From sequence record OZ035785.1: a stretch of 64,000 nt of DNA, one strand, 5' to 3'. Below the pieces are notes generated by a model that saw nothing but the letters and a program-made list of their open reading frames with translations, was not told where the DNA came from and did no database searches. Source of the stretch: Tequatrovirus BCH953P2. This document shows, in pieces, positions 30,806-39,867 of the stretch. The translations under genes were made by a program, and so were the position numbers. The first letter of the stretch is position 1. Every line of letters begins with the position of its first letter.

Positions 30806-31774
30806 TTATTTCAGAAGAGTAACCTCAGCGATTTCTTCCCAACCGTTTTTGTCGGTCATAATAAAGTCAGCAAGATAAAGAGCAGTACGCAGTGAAACAT
30901 TGCGTAAACGATTAACATTGACTTTCATCCATGATAATGCTTTATAAGTTTCTTCATCAGAAAGACCGCGCTTTTGCATCATGTCGGTTGAAAGAATAAC
31001 ATCTTCAACCCTGACCATAATTTCTTCATTAGTGTGAACACCCAAATCTAAATAAACTGAGCGGGACACTAATGCTTGTAAATGTGGAGCAAGTTTAGTA
31101 CCACGGTCTAATTCGCGGTCAATGTCAACGTTTGTGATAAAAACAATCGTTCCTTTAAATTCAAACTCACGCTCAATGCCTTTTTCTTCTAAGTAAGAAG
31201 ATGCAGTGCTCCAGCAGACTTTACGGGTCTCTCCAGTGTCCAGAGCAGCTTTTAGAAGATTAAGAATGTCCATATCAGAGAAAACATCCACATCATCAAT
31301 CAAAAGGACAGAATTCTCTTCACGATTATTCCAAAGCTGTTCATAAAGACCAATACCAGAGATTTTACCATTAATGCTTTTATATTCAATGTATCCAATA
31401 TCATTTGCTTTATTTAAAGCTTTATCTAAAGAATGCGTTTTACCAATACCTGCTGCACCAGAGATAATTAATGAACGAATGTTTCCGTTAATAATACCAT
31501 TCGTCATCATTCCCATAACATTAAATCTTTTATTAATGCGGGTTTTCATATCTTCATACGATTCTTTAACTTCTTCAACTTTTACACCATCATATGAAAT
31601 GTCTGATTTGTAAACCCAAACACCGCGACGTTTACCGTCAATTTCAACAAAAACTTTACCATCTCCTTGTGCATCTACCGGAGCATTATCTGGGAACCAT
31701 TCACCTAAGAGCTCAAAAGTTCCAGAGATTTCTTTACCGAAGTAGATACCCTTATTGATAGTTACAGTTTTCAT
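30806..31774 (-). CDS. P-loop NTPase
   Basis: Walker A GAAGIGKT, Walker B LLIDDVD; track start is TTG, likely ATG at 31774. Confidence 0.6.
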   Translation of the reverse strand: MKTVTINKGIYFGKEISGTFELLGEWFPDNAPVDAQGDGKVFVEIDGKRRGVWVYKSDISYDGVKVEEVKESYEDMKTRINKRFNVMGMMTNGIINGNIRSLIISGAAGIGKTHSLDKALNKANDIGYIEYKSINGKISGIGLYEQLWNNREENSVLLIDDVDVFSDMDILNLLKAALDTGETRKVCWSTASSYLEEKGIEREFEFKGTIVFITNVDIDRELDRGTKLAPHLQALVSRSVYLDLGVHTNEEIMVRVEDVILSTDMMQKRGLSDEETYKALSWMKVNVNRLRNVSLRTALYLADFIMTDKNGWEEIAEVTLLK

Positions 31775-31808
31775 TTTATTCTCCAAATCTGTATCAGTTG
31801 ATAGTTGT

Positions 31809-31838
31809 ATAGTACCATAAAGCTTTATGCTTGTAAAC
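31809..31838 (-). promoter_or_regulatory. T4-type early promoter within a repeated promoter cassette
   Basis: Minus strand GTTTAC, 18 nt, TACTAT; cassette near-identical to 5055-5110 and 46463-46545. Confidence 0.6.
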
Positions 31839-31862
31839 CGTTTTGTGAAAAATTTTTGAAAT

Positions 31863-31886
31863 AAAAAAGGGAGCCCGAAGGCTCCC
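31863..31886 (-). terminator. intrinsic terminator with UUCG loop
   Basis: Minus strand GGGAGCCUUCGGGCUCCC followed by UUUUUU, right after the nucleotidyltransferase stop. Confidence 0.6.
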
Positions 31887-31888
31887 TA

Positions 31889-32902
31889 TCATTTATAATA
31901 ACTTCGGTGGTTTTCAAGATAAACCCTCTCAAGGAAGTCATCCCAGAAACCCATGTCTACTTTTTGCTGCATACCGTTCTTAGAAGCTTCAGTAGATGCT
32001 GCTTCTACTTGATCGACCACATCTTCCAAAAACTCTTGAACCATTTTAAATGGATGTTTACCCAACTTCACGTCGAGAATAAATGGAGCGTCTTGAAGTG
32101 GATAAACTAAGTCACCAGTTTTGTAAATTTCCAATAGTTGAAGTCCACCACGGCAGGCATGGCTCAGAGCTTTCCAATCAATGCCTTCATTGGCTTCGGC
32201 CTTACGAGCACGTTCACCGTATTCAGCATCTAATTTGTTCAGTGACTGCTTAAGCTCAATAAGAGAAAGCGTTGTCTGATATTTACGACCCAACACAGTG
32301 TAGAACGTTTGTGGGCCTGTTTTCTCATGATTATGGAACACCCATTCACAGAATTCGTTTTCTGGAAGACGATGCTTAATATCTTCAACTTTAGTGCGAC
32401 GCTGCTTAATAGAACCATCTTCTTGGTAATCAACCCATTGCTCAGGGATTTGATTAACTACTTTCAATACATCACGTAATGCAGCCAAACGAGAACCCTT
32501 GACACCGTATTTAGAAGCTTGCTTGCGGACATATCCTAAATATGATTTCATGTTAGTCGTATAAAAACGAGAACGGTTGTCTTGAATAAACTTCCACACA
32601 TCAGGCAAATCAGATTTAACCACTAGTTCAGGTGGAGTATGAAGCATATCCAATGCTACAGTTTCACCATCTGCTGCTAATTTAAAGAAATACTTAAGAC
32701 TATACAATTCGTGGTCAATATCATCTTTAGTGTTTTTAGATGATGTGTTGTTAGTGTTTTTACTCATATGCTCTTTAACATTTCCGATAAGAATATCACG
32801 AGCAGGAGGAACAAAAATTTCTTTAAAATCTACATCAGATTCTGGGGTAGAAGTTCCATAAAGATGACTACCAAAATAGCTTTTCATTACTGTTTTCATC
32901 AT
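31889..32902 (-). CDS. nucleotidyltransferase-fold protein (Pol-beta superfamily motif)
   Basis: 337 aa; N-terminal GS-x10-DVD (FGSHLYGTSTPESDVDF) typical of the NTase fold, followed by a helical C-terminal region. Confidence 0.5.
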   Translation of the reverse strand: MMKTVMKSYFGSHLYGTSTPESDVDFKEIFVPPARDILIGNVKEHMSKNTNNTSSKNTKDDIDHELYSLKYFFKLAADGETVALDMLHTPPELVVKSDLPDVWKFIQDNRSRFYTTNMKSYLGYVRKQASKYGVKGSRLAALRDVLKVVNQIPEQWVDYQEDGSIKQRRTKVEDIKHRLPENEFCEWVFHNHEKTGPQTFYTVLGRKYQTTLSLIELKQSLNKLDAEYGERARKAEANEGIDWKALSHACRGGLQLLEIYKTGDLVYPLQDAPFILDVKLGKHPFKMVQEFLEDVVDQVEAASTEASKNGMQQKVDMGFWDDFLERVYLENHRSYYK

Positions 32903-33360
32903 TCAGCCTTATATTCAATAACAGGACATACTTTAGCTTTACGAGCTTTTAAAAATTCGACGATAATAGATTTCTTGGGTTGAATAGGAGGTAAACCTTT
33001 ATACGCCCTATCAATATTTTCTACATGTAAAGCATAATCCTTTTTCCATTTATAATCTTTATATTTTTCATGCAGTTGTACAGGAATAACAAATGAACCG
33101 ATAATAAGTAAAACAAGCAAAATGGCAAGTATAAATGCTGATGGAATAAGAGTCCATAAACTACCAAAAATAAGCCATTTCTGTATGATTTCTGCGCAGA
33201 TGATAGTTAGACCTACGAGTATAGTACATCCGAAAAAAGAAACGAAAAATGTAGGGATAACAATAGACCAAAAGTATGCGCACAGCGTCTTAGGTCGTTG
33301 CCATTCATCGTTAAACAATTTGAATAATTTATAGTGCCAAGAGTTTTCATTAATAATCAT
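32899..33360 (-). CDS. membrane protein with two predicted TM helices
   Basis: 153 aa with two long hydrophobic stretches. Confidence 0.5.
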   Translation of the reverse strand: MIINENSWHYKLFKLFNDEWQRPKTLCAYFWSIVIPTFFVSFFGCTILVGLTIICAEIIQKWLIFGSLWTLIPSAFILAILLVLLIIGSFVIPVQLHEKYKDYKWKKDYALHVENIDRAYKGLPPIQPKKSIIVEFLKARKAKVCPVIEYKAE

Positions 33361-33362
33361 AA

Positions 33363-33884
33363 TTATCCTTTCATTGAAGGCGTAACGGTTGTTAAATACT
33401 TAATCATAGCTTCAGCTTCTGATTTTGATAATGAAATTTCTCCATTGTTTTGACGAATAGAAATAAAATCCGGATGACGGTCACCACCAGCTTTTAAAAC
33501 ACACATATAAGTATCAGTTTCACCTTCAATATTTGAAATGATTGAAGCAGTTCCGCATGAATGTGGTTTTTGATAAATCAATACAGCTTTTCTTCCACCA
33601 TTTGACTGCTCATAGGCTTTTAATACATCAAACAAATCAGTTCTTTTATCAATAGCTAAGATGTTATTTTCATCTTCAATGTTAAATCCTTCGGATACTT
33701 CATAAAGCGTTACCCATAAATCACCGATGTCAATAACAGCATTTACTTTTCCACGGCTTTCAAGAGTATGACAAATTTTCTTGATTTCATCATAACTCAT
33801 TTTAATAATATCATCTCCTTGAATAAGGAAGATGTCATTTTTAAATTCAACGCGAATTAAACCGCTTCCACTTGAAATAAACAT
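33363..33884 (-). CDS. hypothetical protein, paralog of the next gene
   Basis: 173 aa; C-terminus SKSEAEAMIKYLTTVTPSMKG resembles NKDEAIALKTYLDSVIPTMISK of 33891-34424. Confidence 0.5.
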   Translation of the reverse strand: MFISSGSGLIRVEFKNDIFLIQGDDIIKMSYDEIKKICHTLESRGKVNAVIDIGDLWVTLYEVSEGFNIEDENNILAIDKRTDLFDVLKAYEQSNGGRKAVLIYQKPHSCGTASIISNIEGETDTYMCVLKAGGDRHPDFISIRQNNGEISLSKSEAEAMIKYLTTVTPSMKG

Positions 33885-33890
33885 ATTTCC

Positions 33891-34424
33891 TCACTTTGAA
33901 ATCATAGTTGGAATGACAGAATCAAGATAAGTCTTTAGCGCAATAGCTTCGTCTTTGTTTAATGTAATGATATGTGATCGAAAATCGTCAATTTGACGAA
34001 TAGATACTACATCTCCCTCTTCATAGCATTTTGACACATTTAAAATAGTTTCATCATTCTGATTACAGGAGTTAGTAATAATAGCATTACATTTTTTAAA
34101 CCATTTTAAATTATGTTTTCTTTTAGTAGAATCATAAAAATATTTAATCTTAGTTATAAAATTATCCCAATTATTAATTGATAAGCACATTGACTCACTT
34201 TTAATATTAAATCCTGGGCATGAAGAATAAAAATGAATTTTGTGCTCATCATTGATGCTTACTATTTTATCAGTATAAGCATATTCAATTTGGGTTAAAC
34301 GAACAATTTCACTAGGCGTAAAATATAACATATCATCTTCTTGCGTCAAACGATACATATTATTTACTTTTTCTATAGCCAATTCACCAAAAAGTGAACT
34401 AACTTCTAATACTAATCGTTTCAT
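33891..34424 (-). CDS. hypothetical protein, paralog of the previous gene
   Basis: 177 aa; see paralog note. Confidence 0.5.
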   Translation of the reverse strand: MKRLVLEVSSLFGELAIEKVNNMYRLTQEDDMLYFTPSEIVRLTQIEYAYTDKIVSINDEHKIHFYSSCPGFNIKSESMCLSINNWDNFITKIKYFYDSTKRKHNLKWFKKCNAIITNSCNQNDETILNVSKCYEEGDVVSIRQIDDFRSHIITLNKDEAIALKTYLDSVIPTMISK

Positions 34425-34425
34425 A

Positions 34426-34704
34426 TTAATCCTTTTTATTTGCGCTGATTTGTTCTAAAATTTTAGAGTATTCCTTTTTATCGGATTTACGTACAATCGA
34501 TACACAATAAGGCATACTGTCGGTGTCTTTAATAAAACGTTCTAAATGGCACTTTAATAAAATTTCTGGATTATAAAGAGTATACATCAAATTCCCAGTC
34601 GCTCCGCGATATTGACAAATTTCCACGGATTTGACATCATTCCATAAATTTGTTAAAACTAAGTCACCTACTTCTAATTTAGGAAAACTCATATTATTCA
34701 CCAA
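34426..34704 (-). CDS. hypothetical protein
   Basis: 92 aa ORF. Confidence 0.45.
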   Translation of the reverse strand: MVNNMSFPKLEVGDLVLTNLWNDVKSVEICQYRGATGNLMYTLYNPEILLKCHLERFIKDTDSMPYCVSIVRKSDKKEYSKILEQISANKKD

Positions 34705-34876
34705 TTAAAGTTTCAACAAAATTCACTAAATCGTTCTGGCGAGCGTCAACCTGTTTTTCATAGAAATCAGCAGCGCCATCATTTACTGCGTGATAAGCCA
34801 CATCATTTAAATCGGTATCGGCTTCACGTAAGTCATGAATAAGGTCCATCAACTTATTGGCTTGTTCACGGGTCAT
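34694..34876 (-). CDS. small acidic helical protein (paralog family)
   Basis: 60 aa; MTREQANKLMDLIHDL... Confidence 0.45.
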   Translation of the reverse strand: MTREQANKLMDLIHDLREADTDLNDVAYHAVNDGAADFYEKQVDARQNDLVNFVETLIGE

Positions 34877-35008
34877 TACATACTCCTTTGAATAATATCA
34901 ATAATGTTGTTCACCAGATTATAGGTAAACAAAGGATAATTATATTGAATCATCACATACACAACAAACAAAATTTTCATTCTCTTCTCCCCAGCAGTTG
35001 ACAAGATT

Positions 35009-35038
35009 ACTATACCATAACCTTATCAACTTGTAAAC
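35009..35038 (-). promoter_or_regulatory. T4-type early promoter
   Basis: Minus strand GTTTAC, 18 nt, TATAGT. Confidence 0.5.
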
Positions 35039-35040
35039 CA

Positions 35041-35214
35041 TTAAATGACGTTTTCAATAAAATTCTGAAGCTTTGTGTGAGCATCAACCATGATTTTCAT
35101 TTCTTCCTTTGCGAAAGCTGTACCTCTTTCCCGAGCAGAATACTCATAGTCAGAAACTGCATTAGCATATTCTTCAATTAGCTTCATTAAAAACATCTGC
35201 TTTTCAGTTTTCAT
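35041..35214 (-). CDS. small protein
   Basis: 57 aa ORF MKTEKQMFLMKLIEEYANAVSDYEYS...; not in ORF track. Confidence 0.35.
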   Translation of the reverse strand: MKTEKQMFLMKLIEEYANAVSDYEYSARERGTAFAKEEMKIMVDAHTKLQNFIENVI

Positions 35215-35398
35215 TATTCCACCTAATCATTTCAAGATATTGAACTAATTTAGCTTTAGATTTATCCAAATCCCTTTTAGCTGCTTCTATACCATCGTAT
35301 GAATATCCTTCACAATGCTCAACTGCTAATTGATATGAATCTATTTCAATATCACGTGCTAATTTAATGATTTTTTCAAACTGATCGCATGTTAGCAT
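35204..35398 (-). CDS. small acidic helical protein (paralog family)
   Basis: 64 aa. Confidence 0.4.
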   Translation of the reverse strand: MLTCDQFEKIIKLARDIEIDSYQLAVEHCEGYSYDGIEAAKRDLDKSKAKLVQYLEMIRWNNEN

Positions 35399-35400
35399 AC

Positions 35401-35604
35401 TTACACTCTCGTATTATGATCGATAATTTCATCAAGAAACATATCTAACGCTTCTAAAGCATTATCCACTTTAGTTTCAAAGTCTTTAATGCCTTTATTC
35501 GAAATACCCGATGAATACCAAGCAAAGTTAATGCGCTCCTCATCTGCTTTACGAATTAAAGCTACCAATTCCTTAATTTTATCAGCTTGTTCGATACTAA
35601 TCAT
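35401..35604 (-). CDS. small acidic helical protein (paralog family)
   Basis: Track ORF trimmed to [14 protein letters not shown]; TAATG overlap with upstream gene. Confidence 0.4.
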   Translation of the reverse strand: MISIEQADKIKELVALIRKADEERINFAWYSSGISNKGIKDFETKVDNALEALDMFLDEIIDHNTRV

Positions 35605-35792
35605 TATTCCACCACATATGAAAGAGAGAATATTGCACACGCCATGTGAGTTGCAACTTCATCACACATATTATAACGTTTCTTAAGAAGTTCTACAAGT
35701 TCTTCACTAGTAACTTCATCCATGTCGACGAAAAAATCACCATTAATGATGACGTAGATATTTCCTTCTTGATTGAGTGCTTCAATTTTCAT
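35604..35792 (-). CDS. small protein
   Basis: 62 aa from [11 protein letters not shown]; track ORF 35604-35939 is over-extended across an early promoter. Confidence 0.45.
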
Positions 35793-35820
35793 GATGTTCT
35801 CCTCTTTATCCGATGGTTGT

Positions 35821-35850
35821 ATAGTACCACAGCTCAAACGGAAAGTAAAC
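35821..35850 (-). promoter_or_regulatory. T4-type early promoter
   Basis: Minus strand GTTTAC, 18 nt, TACTAT. Confidence 0.55.
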
Positions 35851-35860
35851 CGGTAAAATG

Positions 35861-35883
35861 AAAAAGTCTCCCGAAGGAGACTA
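35861..35883 (-). terminator. intrinsic terminator with UUCG loop
   Basis: Minus strand AGUCUCCUUCGGGAGACU then UUUUU. Confidence 0.55.
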
Positions 35884-35886
35884 ATG

Positions 35887-36273
35887 TTATTCGAGGGAAA
35901 GAAGATACTTACTCTGGTAAAACATTCCAGTAATATCATCTATCGTGCTTTGGATGGCTGGAGGCATTTCTTTATAAATGCTGTTAGATTGGTCTAGTAT
36001 GCGATCAATCATTTTAATTGTGTCGGTAGGAAGTTTACTGGCATCTGGAATTGAAGGCGTGTATTTTCTACCAGAATACCCCAAATATTGCTCACCAAAT
36101 TTATCAATCAAATCTGGCAACTCGGAGAAAATAAAATCGTATGCTTTGTGTCTAGCATAATTTTTAGTTTCAAAATGTGCAGAATGAAAATAAGCTTGTG
36201 CAGCCATTAATAAACCTAAGTATTCATCTGCCTTTGAAGGTTTTCCACTTTGTGAAAAGTCGCTGAATTTCAT
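35887..36273 (-). CDS. hypothetical protein (rI-upstream position)
   Basis: 128 aa ORF. Confidence 0.5.
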
Positions 36274-36563
36274 TCAGTCTCCAATTTAATGTTCATAATT
36301 CTAGCGTATGATTGTGCCATCTCCGTGCCTCGTTCTATACATTCAAAATCAGAAGAGCACGGGTCATTTTTATAGGTCGTTCTCATAAAACTATAGAATT
36401 GTTCAGACGATTCTACGCTTTTATTTTCAAAAAGCATATAAACGTGCCTAATACCAGATTCCATAAATTTATCAAAATGAGGATCGACATTCGCTTCAAT
36501 CGATGGAGATAAAACAAATGACAATCCTAGCATGGCAAAAAGTGCCGTTGCTTTTAAGGCCAT
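36270..36563 (-). CDS. rI: lysis inhibition regulator RI
   Basis: 97 aa with N-terminal signal-anchor, directly next to tk. Confidence 0.75.
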   Translation of the reverse strand: MALKATALFAMLGLSFVLSPSIEANVDPHFDKFMESGIRHVYMLFENKSVESSEQFYSFMRTTYKNDPCSSDFECIERGTEMAQSYARIMNIKLETE

Positions 36564-36575
36564 AAAGGCCTCCTA

Positions 36576-36788
36576 TCATTTTTGTCCTGTATTTACTTTA
36601 TGCCGATGCACGGCCTTAACTTTATCAAGGTATTTTTCAAAATTTCGCAATCTAGTATAGTCTGCCGGAGATTGGTTGAGTGATACTTCTCGACGCAAAG
36701 CTGAAATGATATTTCCAACTTCCCTACGAATTTCATCTAATTGAAGCACAGTAAGATTGCGAAGTTGCTTTTCAGTTAATTGTAGCAT
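36576..36788 (-). CDS. hypothetical protein
   Basis: 70 aa ORF. Confidence 0.45.
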
Positions 36789-36830
36789 ATATACCCCTTT
36801 AGTTAGATAAACCTATTTATAACTTTTGCA

Positions 36831-37412
36831 CTAACCAAGCTTTTTAGTTAATTCATTCCAATGTTTTCTACACAAAGAAACATAAATTTCATCACCAATA
36901 CAGATTTGATTACCTTCTTTAACTGGTGTTCCATCTTCCATTAATCGAGCTGTCATAATCGCTTTTTTACCGCAATGACAAACTGCCTTTAGTTCAATAA
37001 GTTTATCTGCAATCGCTAAAAGTTCTTTAGAACCTTCAAACAATTTTCCAGCGAAATCAGTCCTTAGCCCATAAGCCATAACAGGAACATTATATGTATC
37101 AACAATTCGACTTAATTGATGCACCTGTTCAGTTTTTAAAAACTGAGCTTCATCTACAAATACGCAATGAATATCTTTTTGTGCTTCAGCCCATTTATAG
37201 AACTCGAAAATATCCATATCATCTGTAATAATATTCGCTTCCTGCTTAATTCCAATGCGAGAAACTACTTCACAGACAGAATCGCGAGTATCAATAGCAG
37301 GCTTAAGAACTAATACACTCATTCCGCGTTCTTTATAATTATGTGCAGCAGTCAAAAGAGAAGCAGATTTTCCAGCATTCATTGCTGCATAAGTAAAAAT
37401 TAAACTCGCCAT
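36831..37412 (-). CDS. tk: thymidine kinase
   Basis: 193 aa; P-loop AAMNAGKS, zinc-binding cysteines. Confidence 0.93.
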   Translation of the reverse strand: MASLIFTYAAMNAGKSASLLTAAHNYKERGMSVLVLKPAIDTRDSVCEVVSRIGIKQEANIITDDMDIFEFYKWAEAQKDIHCVFVDEAQFLKTEQVHQLSRIVDTYNVPVMAYGLRTDFAGKLFEGSKELLAIADKLIELKAVCHCGKKAIMTARLMEDGTPVKEGNQICIGDEIYVSLCRKHWNELTKKLG

Positions 37413-37413
37413 C

Positions 37414-37602
37414 TTAGTCCTTAGTTAAATTTTCTAAATATGTTTCTAAATCATTTTCAGCTTTATCGATAGATTTTACTAATTCGTAATATGTTTCGGC
37501 ATCTCCATAATCAGAAGATAATTCAAAAGACAAATCCTTTTCTAAACTAATAATTTCACCAACTAAAAATAATATTTCGTTCTTTTGTTCGCGAGTAATC
37601 AT
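37414..37602 (-). CDS. small acidic helical protein (paralog family)
   Basis: 62 aa; MITREQKNEILFLVGEI. Confidence 0.45.
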   Translation of the reverse strand: MITREQKNEILFLVGEIISLEKDLSFELSSDYGDAETYYELVKSIDKAENDLETYLENLTKD

Positions 37603-37790
37603 AAGGAATTTATATAATTAATAAGTTCTTGTTCTTTATTATCGAATTCTTTAGAAAGTTCTTCGTACTCGTTTGCACTAAAAGGACCGCATTCATTACA
37701 AACTTTTTCCAATTCACTATTTTTATCCATAACTTCGTGGATAAGAGAAAAGAGTTTGTCTTTTTGTTCTTTGCTTAAACTCATAACCAT
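37599..37790 (-). CDS. small acidic helical protein (paralog family)
   Basis: 63 aa; MVMSLSKEQKDKLFSLIHEV. Confidence 0.45.
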   Translation of the reverse strand: MVMSLSKEQKDKLFSLIHEVMDKNSELEKVCNECGPFSANEYEELSKEFDNKEQELINYINSL

Positions 37791-38008
37791 GTCACCTTTA
37801 AGCAGTATTCTTCTACATGCTGTTTACGACCTTTCTTATCAATAAAGGTATATTCAACGAATGTTCCAATGTAGTCTTTATCTACATCATGTGGACTATT
37901 AATTGGACATTTAGTACGGCAAATGCGTTCCCATTGACGAATAATTACTGCTTTATTCTTTGGGTCATATGGATGTGGATAATGTATATTCATAATAACG
38001 GTTCCCAA
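37781..38008 (-). CDS. hypothetical protein
   Basis: 75 aa ORF. Confidence 0.45.
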   Translation of the reverse strand: MGTVIMNIHYPHPYDPKNKAVIIRQWERICRTKCPINSPHDVDKDYIGTFVEYTFIDKKGRKQHVEEYCLKVTWL

Positions 38009-38457
38009 TCAACAATCACAATTTCTAATTTAGAGGAATACGTATCTAAAATCCCCTCAATAATATCCCAGTTCCCTTTACCTATGCCTGCACCAATCCT
38101 AGGCATATAGATTGTAGGTTTAATTAGTTTATTTTCACCAAACTCATTTAATTCTAACATACAATTCATTAAAGCGGAATACTCAAAATTTGGCCCTGGT
38201 TGAAATTGAGTATAAAGATTAAAGCAATACGCTTTATGAGTCCTAAAGTATTTTTCATAGACTGAGTAAGAACCGAGTTTAGTTACATCACCCCATTCAG
38301 TCTGTGATTTATCAGCTTCCAAAATTTTAGGGAAAGCTTTAGTTAATTGACCTGCGACTCCAGCTTTCATCATGTGAAAACAATTACATCCATGCGCAAT
38401 ATTTTTACCTTCAGTGAAAAGGGCGACAATATCGCCCTTGATATATTTTACAATCAT
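37990..38457 (-). CDS. macro-domain-like protein (ADP-ribose binding/processing fold)
   Basis: 155 aa; N-terminal IKGDIVALFTEGKNIAHGCNCFHMMKAGVAGQL and C-terminal IYMPRIGAGIGKGNW resemble the two glycine-rich macro-domain motifs. Confidence 0.5.
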   Translation of the reverse strand: MIVKYIKGDIVALFTEGKNIAHGCNCFHMMKAGVAGQLTKAFPKILEADKSQTEWGDVTKLGSYSVYEKYFRTHKAYCFNLYTQFQPGPNFEYSALMNCMLELNEFGENKLIKPTIYMPRIGAGIGKGNWDIIEGILDTYSSKLEIVIVDWEPLL

Positions 38458-38801
38458 CTAGTACTCAATCCTCGATTATAAGAATCTACCAAACGGTCAA
38501 CCATTGAATGACAAGCGGCTTTATCTTTCTCCTCCGCAACTGAGCATTCTAAGGTATTCCACTTTTTAGCATATCGTTTTAATAATGTATCGTTTTTGTA
38601 TCTGCTTGATTTATCTCTTTCTCCGTCTTTATATGCATATATTAATTTCTGCGCAAATTCAGCTTGGCATGCTTTATTTTTCCCACAATAATCTGCCGCA
38701 GTGCGATTTACATATTCTCTAATTTCAGTATATGATGTATCTGCTGACGCAGAAGCAGAAAATGAAATTAATCCTATACATAAAACCAAAATTTTAGTCA
38801 T
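38454..38801 (-). CDS. secreted protein (T4 vs-gene position)
   Basis: 115 aa with N-terminal signal peptide. Confidence 0.4.
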   Translation of the reverse strand: MTKILVLCIGLISFSASASADTSYTEIREYVNRTAADYCGKNKACQAEFAQKLIYAYKDGERDKSSRYKNDTLLKRYAKKWNTLECSVAEEKDKAACHSMVDRLVDSYNRGLSTR

Positions 38802-39339
38802 TTACTATTTCCAAAAGTTTATTATTTTTAAGGTAATTAGCCTTTTCTAGGACTTCAGAAGCATATTTAGAACCAGCTTTAACATTCCATCCCGAATTAT
38901 AAGAGGATATTGCTTTTCTTATATCGCCCTTATGTATATTTAACCAATAAGAAAGTTCAATGTACGCCCAGGAAGCTGAATTGGATCGTTTATTCAACAT
39001 TCTTTTTATTTCAGCATCGGTCATATTATAACCAAGTTCCTTAACTCTCGCTCGCATAGTAGGCAAATAATTTTGGAACATTCCGTAGGCGTGATGCTTT
39101 GGTTTAGATTTTAAATTAACTCCGCCAGAGCTTTCTTGCCATAAAATGGCTGCCATTATATGGCCCAATCCGCTCTTGTGGATGTTTTTGTGTGTTTTAT
39201 ATTTTCCATCCTTAGAAAATTGTTCCCCGAATTGATATGCGTAGCGCATGTTATCGAGTTGGACATTACTGAAAGTATGCTCGGAGCTATGTGCCATCAT
39301 TGAAATGGCCAATAGACCAGCGAGTAGTGCTTTTCTCAT
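38794..39339 (-). CDS. secreted lytic-transglycosylase-like protein
   Basis: 181 aa; signal peptide; QESSGG, YGMFQ and SYNSGW motifs resemble the SLT domain. Confidence 0.55.
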   Translation of the reverse strand: MRKALLAGLLAISMMAHSSEHTFSNVQLDNMRYAYQFGEQFSKDGKYKTHKNIHKSGLGHIMAAILWQESSGGVNLKSKPKHHAYGMFQNYLPTMRARVKELGYNMTDAEIKRMLNKRSNSASWAYIELSYWLNIHKGDIRKAISSYNSGWNVKAGSKYASEVLEKANYLKNNKLLEIVND

Positions 39340-39346
39340 GCTTACC

Positions 39347-39808
39347 TCATTGAGTTTTAATTACTGCTTTAGAAGCCTTTCCTGGTAAACGACGACTGTT
39401 GATAATTGCCATCCTACATTGAAGCGACGGGTCTTTGAACTTCGCATTAGGTTTACAAACTGTAAATCCAAGCCAAAGATTTCCATCTGTGATTTCTAAA
39501 CGTCCAGGGCGATATTCAACCCCATCAATAAAATCCTCGTCAATGTCAGGACGCGGAGGCATACTCAGGAATTCATTAACTTCTAAAACATGGTCTTTTA
39601 TTTTGTGGAATAATTCAAAAACATATGTCTCATCAATCTCCCGTTGAATTGCACGATCAAGAAGATGCTGAGAATATTTTAGATGAAACGATGAGACCCC
39701 TGCTGCTTTTGATGCCTCACGAATCTCATTGTTAATTTGACGAAACTCCGACTCAAAGTGACGACGAAGCTTATTTCGACGGATAAAAACTTCTGTGTTG
39801 ATAGTCAT
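39347..39808 (-). CDS. regB: endoribonuclease RegB
   Basis: 153 aa; MTINTEVFIRRNKLRRHFESEF N-terminus. Confidence 0.85.
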   Translation of the reverse strand: MTINTEVFIRRNKLRRHFESEFRQINNEIREASKAAGVSSFHLKYSQHLLDRAIQREIDETYVFELFHKIKDHVLEVNEFLSMPPRPDIDEDFIDGVEYRPGRLEITDGNLWLGFTVCKPNAKFKDPSLQCRMAIINSRRLPGKASKAVIKTQ

Positions 39809-39835
39809 GTTATTCTCCTCTTAACTGATAGAAAA

Positions 39836-39865
39836 ATTATACCACAGTCAAGAGGAAAAGTAAAC
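39836..39865 (-). promoter_or_regulatory. T4-type early promoter for regB
   Basis: Minus strand GTTTAC, 18 nt, TATAAT. Confidence 0.6.
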
Positions 39866-39867
39866 AG

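Noticed and set aside
35604-35939. 111 aa ORF as given in the track
   Set aside because: An early promoter and terminator lie inside its 5' half; the real gene is the 62 aa C-terminal part from the ATG at 35792.
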